The notes below the pieces were generated by a model that saw only the letters and a program-made list of their open reading frames with translations, searched no databases and was not told the origin of the DNA. A program made the translations under genes and the position numbers. 64,000 nt of DNA. Origin: Octopus sinensis. Taxonomy: Eukaryota. Numbering within the stretch: the stretch's first letter is position 1; each line of letters opens with the position of its first letter. Below, piece by piece: positions 42,356-52,756 of the stretch. The stretch is from NCBI RefSeq assembly GCF_006345805.1, contig NW_021832231.1:372001-436000 (forward strand), written 5' to 3'.

Positions 42356-43790
42356 CTAAGTAAAAGATGGATTCCTCTCCAAAAAAGTGGAGCGTTCATT
42401 TTCGAATTCTGCTCTGAGTAATTTCAACTGGTCTCTCCTCGATTCAATCTCCTGTTTGTACTTCAATTCCTTCTCTTTAAACTACACCTCGACAAACGGA
42501 ACATACCAACTCGGTATTTTCACGGAGTTTATTCAGTTTTTGAGTCACCTTTGACTTGAAAAGCTCCTCCATGCTACTTTCCGCCTCACGGAGACGTTTT
42601 TCCATGGTAAACCGCTCCTTCTCGAACTGGGAAATTGGATTGACATCAAAGTCGGCGGGTATTTCTTGGTCACATGAACCCAAAAGTCGGGATCTTCTAA
42701 ATTCTCTGTACGTCACGGAGTTGGTGTGGTTGATAAGAGCTGGCAACCCGACACTGAAATCACGGAAACACCAAAAATCACCATAAAAGTAAATATCTCA
42801 AGGCCTGGAGGTCTGAATGCTGGGAATTTTCCGCTAAAACTCAAAAACTGACACAAAACTCTCCACAAGTCCCCAAACGTACTTCCTTCCACGGACAACC
42901 GAGGATCCCGAAGGATGAAAGTCCTCACTTCCAACCACCGCAAAAGGAAATCGACACTTGGAATAAAAACCACGGAAAACCCGAAGTTCATTTGTCCGTC
43001 GTTGGGATTCCTCGCTCATGTGGGTTGTGAGAGTTGAAAAGTCAAAAAAACGGATTCCTTCTCTGGTAAAGACCTCCACAATCCTCGACTTCTCCAACTC
43101 CAACTCGGTCGGTGTGAACGAATCACTCCGTGGAATCACCGGAATCACGGCGACCTGTTCATGGATTGCCTTCAACGTAGACAAATCAAGTTCCCGGAGT
43201 CTGGCAAGTCCAAAGAGACAAAAACTGACCTCCGAGGGACCAGGTACAAACAACAGTGGACTCGTTGATCGGTGATGACCGGATCCCTTTCCACGGAGTT
43301 TTCTGCACAGAAATACGACTCAAATCCACTGAGAATGCATTCCGTGATCGAATTCCAACTTTCGGCTAAGAAATTGACCACAACCTTTCAGTATTGTCCA
43401 ACAAATCACCGAAACCACGTGTCTTCAATACTCGGAGGTGCATTTTGAAGTTGTCTTCCGTTAAAATCGCTTCCGTGGTCTCAATCTAATAATTATCGAT
43501 TTTTCCTAAACTTGAAGTTTGGCGGGAAAAGTTATGTCTTTTGAATTTCCAGCTTTTTCGAGGACTTGGCAGTTAAAGAGGCTGTTGATGAGAGTCGATG
43601 CGCCAGAGGATTCGCCTCCAATGACGAGAATGTTGAATTCGACTGGTTTGTTGCATACTTTGAGGTAGAGCTGATTGGGGAGATTGCCAAAGCCAATATA
43701 TGTATTTGGTGATGTCTCCGAGTCCCCTTTTTTGTCTTGGTCACACATTTTTTGTTGAGAAAGTGGATTCTCGTCGTTTCCGGTAGTCAT
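42356..43790 (-). CDS. Divergent septin, SEPT7-like, with degenerate GTPase motifs
   Basis: YIGFGNLPNQLY, STLINSLF, GFGD..N..SW, DQRVHCCLY, FPFAVVGS, RGRKYVWG.VE.EN..HSD and C-terminal coiled coil MEELFKSKV.QKL. Six micro-introns. Confidence 0.92.
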
Positions 43791-43820
43791 TTTAGAGAAC
43801 TGAAAAGAACAAGAAAGTCT

Positions 43821-43834
43821 GCGCGGTTATAAAA
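43821..43834 (-). promoter_or_regulatory. Candidate core-promoter motif TATAA-(N)-CCGCGC
   Basis: Lies 31 nt upstream of the septin ATG; a near-identical motif lies 30 nt upstream of the PIWI ATG (52786-52800). Confidence 0.3.
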
Positions 43835-44649
43835 TTTATTTATTAACTATTTCATAATTATTTAATAAGCTTTATTTTAAATCTATTAATTTGATATTTA
43901 GAAAAACAATAAATTTATTTAAAAATCCTTCTTTTATAAAACCACAAAAATTCTACGGTTTAGGAAAATGATTAACAGAAATTAACCTAAATAAGAAAAC
44001 CCGAATATCGAATCAAACCTTTTTTATTTTAATTTAATTACTTCTAATGAAAAATGCCCTTTCAATATTTTCCTAATAGTTTCTAACGGCAAATTATAAT
44101 AAAACAAAATACACGAAAAATGTTTAAGCTAACCGCATCTATGATAAACCTTTCCATAAAAAAATTGGATTACTGCAAGGTTACTCTGGAGATGTCAATT
44201 ATAGAAAGATACTATCAATCGTATAAGCAAACTTTTTATTAAACAAATCCAAATTAGTAAATTCTTTGAAGTGGAAAAAATATTTTATCATGAGAATTTT
44301 AATTCCAACTTCTTTCTCTTTGCTATTTATTCGCCTCCTTCCGCCAGATTCATGGGGCGGAATACAGTGTGTGTATTCTTCTCCATAGACATTCTTTTAA
44401 AAGCAAGAGAGAGAACAAGAAAGTTAATTAATTCCAAATTGAAAAGTCCATTAGTTTCTTTTATCTTATAAGTTTTCCTTTTATTGTAGTTCGGTTGTTT
44501 TAACGATAGGAAGCTCGTGATACCCCAACCGGAAATCCATTTATATTTAAATTTTGTGGCATAAGGAAAACTTAATTAGCTTATGATTTTCTGTTAATAA
44601 TAATGGAAAATGCCCTCCGGTCAATTCTTGATTAAATCGGCAAACCATC

Positions 44650-45982
44650 TGGAAATAAATGTAGATATGTGTCACCTTCTCGTGGAGATTTCTGGATGAT
44701 ACTATTCACGTTCCAAAAAAAAGACCCCATAATCTCTTTCTATCAGTAAGTTGGTATTCTTACTTACTCTTGGCAGTCATTGAGCGGGCACAAAGCCGTC
44801 GCTTCGACCCGTTGCTTCTGCTCTCTAATAACATTGAATCAAATTCAGGACAAAAGGATCGTGGACATTTTTTTACCATCATCCAACTGAGACCTAATAA
44901 AATGCTCATCTCAGAATATACACATGAGTATATTCGCATACCTTTATCCTAATTACTCAACAGTTCAACCATTTGCTTAAAGGGATTTCTACCACGGCTC
45001 GGGACGAGGTATATTTCCTCGGTGGTCCACTTGGTGACGCAGAATTGCGTAAACACCATCGGAAGAAAGCAGAAAACCTATCACTATTTACACAACGAAT
45101 ATCCCTCCTTGATGCGCATACTGCGTTTTTTCTCATGAGAGCGAGTATCTGCATGCCAAGACTTCTTTATGCTCTAAAGAGCTGCCCTTGCTATGCAAAA
45201 CGAGACAGCCTTTTATTACTTGATCAGACACTGAAAGACACGGCCTAAACTATTTTAAACGTTCGTTTTGATGATCTGGGATGGATTCAGTGTAAACTGC
45301 CAACGAAATTAGGTGGAGTTGGCTTCAGGTCCGCATTGGAAGTAGCAGCACCTGCTTATCTCTCGTCGCTCTCAAGCAGCTGGGATCTGGTCCAGGAAAT
45401 TCTACGTAACCCTTCTGAATTTTCCTTGGAGCCGGAGTTCGCTAGAGCTTGTGAACGGTGGAGTGGAACTGGGTTGATGATTCCGGCGGAGACATTCAAA
45501 CAGACTAACTGGGATTCGATTTTATGCAACGACATCGTCCAAAAATACAAACAGAGGGTCAATCAGCATCGACTCACATGTCTCTTGTCCGGAGCACGCC
45601 ATCATAGTGGCGCGTGGCTTGATGCTCTTCCGTGTTTTGCCCTTGGCAATCTATTGGACAATAATTCTATGAGAATCGGTGTAGCACTTCGTCTGGGACT
45701 GGATATTTGCCAAGTTCACGCCTGTCGTTGCGGAGGCCTTGTTGATGCCAAAGGACTGCACCCTCTATCCTGCGGAAGAAGTGCAGGTCGAACCCCTCGA
45801 CATGCCGCATTGAATGATGTGATACGACGTGCCCTAGAGGCAGCAGGATTCCCAGCAAGACTAGAACCTGCGGGTCTTAACCGTAATGATGGGAGAAGGC
45901 CAGATGGAGTGACTCTTTTCCCCTACTCTGGGGGAAAACCACTAGTTTGGGACTCGACATGCGTGGACACTTTCACAAGTCG
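44650..45982 (+). mobile_element. CRE-clade-like non-LTR retrotransposon (RT end plus restriction-like endonuclease), truncated at both ends
   Basis: FLDD near 44690, PRLLYALK, LPTKLGGVG, SGAWLDALP, CRCG..D..GLH..SC, RHAALND and RPDGVTL..LVWDSTCVDT. One in-frame stop at 45246-45248. Confidence 0.85.
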
Positions 45983-47292
45983 CTCTATCAATAATTTAAA
46001 ATATTATTAAATTTTTTACTAATTTATTTTCTAATTTTTTTAATATTATGGCGAGCATGTACCTAATATTGATATAAACTGGCACTATAGGTCACATGGA
46101 AAATTCTGTTGTGGACTTATGCAACATCAAATTCCGACAGCTCCCAATAAGTAAGGAGGATGCAGTGCATTTCTGCAAAATGTGGATATCCTTTCAAAAT
46201 CACGTATATGTCCGAAGGGACATCAGATGGAATTAGTCTGGGACCGAAGCTCAATTGGAAATGCTCAAGAGTTGGTTGTAGAGTCCAATGTTCTATTAAA
46301 AAAGGTATAATTTCTCTCAAATAATTCTAGATACCTGGTTAGAGATTGTAGATTGCCATTTGAGGATGTCATCGCCTACATATACTTATGGAGTTACGAT
46401 AGGCATACCTTCAAATGGCTTCATCACGAATACAATTGGGGTGAACATACATATGTCGATTGGGCTATGTTTTTACGTGAAGTCTGTGTGGACGCACTTG
46501 TTAAAAGATCTGACGGCAAAATTGGTATTATTAATGTTTATTTCAGGTGGTCCTGGTATGATTGTGGAGGTAGACGAGAGTATGTTTTCCAAACGGAAAA
46601 ACAACTCTGGAAGAGTTTTACCAAAACAGTGGGTCTTCGGTGGTATTTGTCGAGCCACCAAACAGTGTTTTCTGCAACCAGTCGCGGATAGGAGCAGAGA
46701 AACACTGCTCAGTCTAGTAATTCGATATGTCGAGGTGGGAAGCATTATTTATAGTGACTGCTGGAAAGGTTAGCATTATTTGATTAACATTTAGGGTATT
46801 CAACTGATCAATTGGTTGAAAACGGCTACACACACAAAACCGTTAACCATAAGTAAGGAAATATAATATATTCAGAAAATTCTTTGTGGATCCAACGACG
46901 GGAGTGCACACCCAGACAGTAGAACGAATGTGGGGAAGTGCAAAATGCAAGAATAAAGCTCAAAGAGGAGCTGTAAGACATCATCTGGGATCTTATTTCG
47001 CAGGTTTTTTTAGTTAGTTATTTTTTCAGAATTTATGTGGCGAAAACAAATACAGAACTATAAGGAATCTTTTGCACAGATTGTAAAAGACATAAATTCC
47101 TTCTACAGTCCTGGAATTTGGATGCCGCGTACTAAAAATGACTAAATTGGTTAAATAAATTTTTAAATAATTTTAATAACCATTTAAATTATTGATAGAG
47201 GGTTATAAATTAAATAATCTATTTTTCACTAAAAAAATTAATTAATTTTAATTATCTTCTAAAAAAACTGCGACCACTTCGACAAAAGTACC
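45983..47292 (+). mobile_element. Merlin (IS1595/IS1016-like) DNA transposon
   Basis: Inverted repeat CTCTATCAATAATTTAAA at 45983-46000 and 47183-47200; possible outer terminus GGTAC (reverse complement) at 47288-47292; transposase inside. No TSD found. Confidence 0.8.
46096..47145 (+). CDS. Merlin transposase with five micro-introns and three -1 frameshifts
   Basis: CPKGH..W.C..C, IGGPGMIVEVDES, WVFGG, SDCWKGY, HKTVNH, VHTQTVERMW and EFMWR. Introns at 46305-46330, 46525-46546, 46769-46794, 46853-46875 and 47004-47029. Confidence 0.85.
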
Positions 47293-47306
47293 AAGATTCT
47301 TATCTT

Positions 47307-49835
47307 ATGGTTCGATTTGGGTCAGATAGCGAAAACAGGTACACTACTCTAAGTCATTCCCACAAGGTCCTGCACGGATATTCTCTGTCTAATACCATTT
47401 ATTATATGCTTTCTTCTTCTAATTACTATTGGCATAATCGGTAATGTAGTCCTCTAGACTTAAAGGTCTGATTTACGGAGACTTGAGGAGACTGGTACAT
47501 CCCGTGGACTCGGAAGGCAGAATCTGTGGAATTAATAACGGAAAAGACCACAACTATTTAAACAAGTCACGTCTCCTGTTCTACGACTTTATCACATGCA
47601 TAAAAGGAGGGGTCCACACTATAAAAAATGGATGTCCCACACAGCAGGTCTGCGTGAATGAGTGTCCTTCCTCCAACCAAGTTATATCAAATTCGAACTA
47701 TCAAACATTCATTTCTCGCGGATATTGTGCCAATGCTACTCAAAGTGACACGGTTGGTTATTCCTGCTCATTTTTAGTACTCAGACGTCTTGGTAGACGA
47801 CAAATGTCCTTTATATTTGCTGGAATCTATTTCGGGTAGTGACTCTCATTTTAATCCACAGTGGTCAAACGGTGTGTGCCTTCGGTTATAGTGACGAACG
47901 AACTGTCAAATTTGACTCTCAATCTCTACTCTGTCAATATGTCTATTACCGATTTAAGAAATCTTTCCGAGTTGGAATTTGTAATTAATGTCGTAGTAAA
48001 CAGGGAATCTATGCTAGAGTACAATCCATAGTCATTGGGTCTCTGGCGGACATTATTTCAACCAGAAATCAATTGTTCATGTTGCTTATTTATAGACATG
48101 TTCTTAGATTTGCTTGTATTTCTGTCCTTGTGACAATCATTACAATTGTAATGCTTAATTTTGTTGTTGTGCCCACTACAGTGCTCATGTTTGTTCTCGT
48201 GTTTGGATTTATGGCTTCTGGTTAGTCTCTGTGTTATATTGTAGGTTCGGTTTTCTTTCTAAAACGGTATTTTGACCTGCGGGATGCAGGAGGGGATCCA
48301 TGGCCTACAGCCTTCACTACAAATTTAAAGTCTTACGGTGATTTCTACAAATTAAACCTTACATTTGGTCTTATTACTGTCTGATTTTTACAGGATGCAT
48401 TTTTTCAATTATAACTTTAATATTTCTGCTAATTGTTGTGGCACTTTTCAAAAATTTTCGGATTGCAGTGCAGCTTTTGAAAGAGACCTCAAAGTTGGTT
48501 TGAAAACTAATCTTAGGGGTGTCCGCTATGTTTGGGGAGTTTACTTTTTTGCTTTGTTTATAATCGGTTTGCACATTGTAACCTTCATCTTGTGTGTTTT
48601 GATTGCCGGGTTGTATTTTTGGGCGATATTTTAGGTATGTTTACACATCAGGGAGTCCCGAGTACAGAAAGGTCGACAACATGACTTTGCGGGGTAACAT
48701 CATCACCAAAATCCATTCAATTCCGTGCACTCCTGACGTAAAATCACGTTTTTATGCATAGAATGCGACATTGATTGGCAGTGCGTGTCGGTTTGTTAAA
48801 TTTGGCGAATCAAAGTACAGTTTTGTCTTGATTGACAGATATAAGAATTATATGTACATGTTCGACGTTTTTATGTTTATTTGGCTTACACAGTTCATCC
48901 ACGGTATCAACACCTGTGTGATAGCGGGAAGCTTTGTTGGGTACTATTGGGCACTGTACAAACCCCGAGACATCCCAGTTTCCCCGACGTCGAAATCAAT
49001 TCGGATTACTCTCAGGTGGACTGTCATTGGCAATCTGTAGATACCATTTGGGGTCAATCGCCTTGGGGTCACTGCTAATTGCCATTGTCAAGTACATCAG
49101 ACTCACTTTTGAGTACATTACCAAAAATTTGAGGCAATACGACAACAAGGTTGTCCGAATATTGACAAAGTGGCATTCCTGCTTTATTGTAGGCTATTCA
49201 AGTGCTGTTTTTGGTGTTTAGAGAAAGTATTGTCGTTCATAACAGAAAATGCTTATATATATGTATTCTCTGTGCTCATTCTTAGATGGTCATCCACGGT
49301 AGTAATTTTTGTCTGTCTGCTAAACGTGTTTTTTCTTTGATAATCAAAAACGTTGTCAGGTGTTTATTATTTTGACATTGTATAGGAAATTTGTGACGAA
49401 TGTACTAACAGAAGTCATTATATTCATGTTCACTTTGTTGTCGGTGACTTTAACTGGTTTTTCCATTATTTAACTTTTATAGTGTTGTTGGCTTATTTAT
49501 GGTTTGTGATGAAATTGCCAATTTTTGACGTTGCTGCTGAAAAGATTGGGCTGGCCAGGATTGATTTGAATTATGAACTGGTCCCTGTCATAGTATTGCC
49601 AGAGGAATCTATTTTAGGTTGTTGGTCTTATTGCACTGATAACGAGTCAAGGCTTGTTTGAGATCTATAATGCAGGAGTCAAGACTATATTCATATCATT
49701 CTGTATTGTGTTATACTCCATTATATGATAATAGTGGAGGATATAGATATGAATGACGGGACCAAGGAGAAGCCATATTATATGAGTAATAAACTACTTA
49801 AAATAATGGGGAAATCCAAAGAAGCAGAAATATAG
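47307..49835 (+). CDS. SLC44A: Choline transporter-like protein (SLC44A/CTL family)
   Basis: RSCTDILC, HPVDSEGRICG, CPTQQVCVNECP, RYHLGSIALGSL, KCCFWCLEK, NAYIYMVIHGSNFC.SA and KPYYMS. About 15 GT-AG micro-introns. Confidence 0.93.
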
Positions 49836-50066
49836 ATTAGTTATAAAATCATTTTTGTTAAACGATTTTAATATTTGTGTTTTGACTAATTTTAGGGATG
49901 TTCTTTAAATAGACATTTATAATTAATTTAATAAAACTTCAGCATTAAACTTATTTTCCAGTTTTACTTTCACTATTTGTAATTGTCTAATAAAATTTAT
50001 TTGTTATGACTTCTTTATAGTAAAACAGTTTATTATAACAAAAAACAAAAAAGATTGAAATTCGAT

Positions 50067-52756
50067 CTACAAATAGAACGGTTTAAATCCAAGTTTCTGA
50101 TGAAAAGGCGCATTCAAATTAAACCCACAAAACGTGCCCAACTTGAAGGCATACTGACACGGTGCAGGGAAAGAAAATGCATTCTAAAAATACGGAAATT
50201 AAAAAACAACAGTCGAATTGAAATATCCATGTGACAAGGCAAATGACAGCCGCTGCGACATGTCAGGGGACAATGCAGTGTCGTCGTAAATTACATTATA
50301 ATTAACTGGAGTAGCCACATATCCGGCCAATGGCAAATTCGAGATCATGTAATAGTCATATTTTAAAGGACTGGTGATTACATCGTCAACCACAGTCCCC
50401 GGAGAAGGGTTCGAATGTACTATCCCACTCTCCCTCAACAAGCGGACATCCTCAGACTTCTTCACCACGTTGAATTGCAGACTAAAGTTTCCCTTCGCCA
50501 ACTCGGCCATCTCCTGACATGTTTGAACTGTCAATGGAAAATGTGATCCGCCAAGGCAATACACGATGATTTGTGCTGGTTTTTTACCGTCGTTATGTTC
50601 AGACCAATAATGAAGGGCGTCTATAACTTCACTTTTATAAAAAAAACCAGTAAATCGCCTGCCAATTTCGATGGAAGACGTGGAAGACTTTTGAAAAAAA
50701 ACATCATTTTTGTATTTACAAAAATCTTTGTCGACAGTGGAAACCATGGAACTGACCGCAGTGGACATCCCAGGTTTAAAATATGCATACAACCCAACGA
50801 ACATTGTGTCCTTAATAGCCTGGAATAAACCAGAAATGTACATATCCCAAATCCCAGGCAGGACTGACAATCCAAGGCACTGATCCAGTTTTGGTCATCA
50901 TTTGAAGAGCAATTTTATCGTAGAACAGTTTAGCGAATTTATTGTTAATAAATGACCTCACTTTCGACCTCTCGATGATCTGAGAGGGGACTAAACCTAT
51001 GAACTCAACACAATACTTCCAAGGTCACATGACATTATCTTCTTGAATGAATTATACCAGGTGGTCGAGATTGTAGACAACACAATATCACTCCCTCCAC
51101 ACTTCTCCATTACGGTCCTCATTTTATTGGGATCGTTTGAAGGGAAAATTACACTGAGGGGAGTCAAGACAAGGCAAACTGCTCGACTTCCCCCACAGAC
51201 CCCCCAAAGGCCTCAATTGAGGACTTGACCTTCCCTCCAATGTGCCTCAAATCCTCCTGCATGTATTTGGGGGACATCAAAGTCATTTTACCGATCGGTT
51301 TGACATTATGTAAACCCGCCTTCCCTAACTCAGAACTCCATTTATTCCCGCCCTTTTATAGTCTTATTAAACCCACCGATTGACAATATTTTATAATTTT
51401 CCCGCGCGATGAAATATTTGGAGGGGAAATTACTCGAGAGGGGACTTGGCTGACTCGATTGCTAATTTGGATACTCCACCGGGCGAGATCCTCCTTAGTC
51501 TCCACATTGGACGAGACCGAGGCGGCAAAATCTGTCAACATTTTATATAAATTTGGCGGGAAAGTAGACGTCAATCTGATTTTTTCTTTTTTTGAATTTT
51601 CTCCACATTCAGAAAGGGCACCTGGAAGTCACGTGGGGAAAGACCTGTCATGTAGCATAATTCAGGGATCAGATGAACTGTGCTCAGTTCAGAATGAGTT
51701 TGACAGAGAAGTAATGGTTGTTGTTTATGCTCAATTTCAAGTCCATATTTCTATATTAATTATCAAAAAAAATGATTAAATAATATTTAAAATAATAAAA
51801 TGTGTTAAAGTAGTACTTCTTTGTAGTAGTCAATGCAGGACAGTCCATCTTGACTAAATACAAGTGATTCGGGAGTGGATTCGAAATCTATGGACAAAAT
51901 CTTGTAATATCGATGATTATATCAACAAAATAAGACATTAAACACACCCAGTTATCAATTTCCGTCCAATAAGCATGTCTTCTATCAACTGATAGTCTCT
52001 GTTGAGTAAAAGTGGCTTTATTGACTCGTAGACAGTCGAACGTGAAATAAACTTATGTTTCCGAGAAATTGAGAGGAAAATGTTATTTCTTTCCCCCTCA
52101 AACACTGATTTGCCAATTCCACGCAAAACCCGTAAACTAATAGCCATAAAATTCCACCAAACTTGTCTGTTTCCAGAGAAATAGACGATTCTGGGTCAAA
52201 AAAGTCATTGGAAATACAAAGCATTTTTTCTCTAAAAAGCATCCTAAAAAATCTCTATAAAAACGACCTTCGGACGAGGACATTTATGAATTGTAAGGAC
52301 AGGGGAGACTGGAATTGAATCTCCTCTGCCAATTTAACTGTGACCTTCACAACTACATCACTCCCGGGGATAGTCTTCTGATATGATTTCTATAAGTAGA
52401 CATTTGTTAGAGGAACAGTTGGGAATGGGTGGATGGTGTATATGCTGTCCCCTCCACTGTAGTGGTAGAGGGAGTCCCCGCTCTCAGCTGCGTCTCTCAC
52501 TGCACTCAGTTTTTCCCCTTTGGTGAGAACGTCTGGGTTGAATGTGACTGAGTAGTGTAGTAGTTGCCAGTTGGGTAGTTTATTTATTTGGAACATGTTG
52601 GCTTTTAAGGGGATTGAGATTCCGCTTGTTCCTGGGGTGGATTCAGTAATGAGCACCTCGTTTGTCTGTTATGTGTTTCGGGCGTGTGTTTGCATTGTAG
52701 TGACCTTTCAGTGTAGTTATTTTCCTTATATTTGATAAGGTGTAAATTCGCCTCAT
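50067..52756 (-). CDS. PIWI-clade Argonaute, predicted slicer-dead
   Basis: GTSG..LKANMF..PNWQLLHY, PAZ (YN..Y.I, DYYKEKYG, QPLL, LIPELCYMTG), MID (WYNSFKK, PSQ, KIALQM.TK.G) and C-terminal PAPCQYA.KL..FYL*. The start codon is approximate. Confidence 0.93.

Noticed and set aside
39632-45336. Stop-codon reassignment suggested by single in-frame TAA in the Tigger and CRE ORFs
   Set aside because: Host genes terminate with TAA (DCTD, SRPK), TAG (septin, PIWI) and TGA (TAF2), so these stops reflect TE decay.
45975-47210. piggyBac identity suggested by CCCT-like ends
   Set aside because: There is no TTAA TSD and the transposase is clearly IS1595/Merlin type.
50815-50860. Additional GC-AG intron in PIWI (38 nt)
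   Set aside because: A 22-nt GT-AG alternative is also in frame, so it was not counted.
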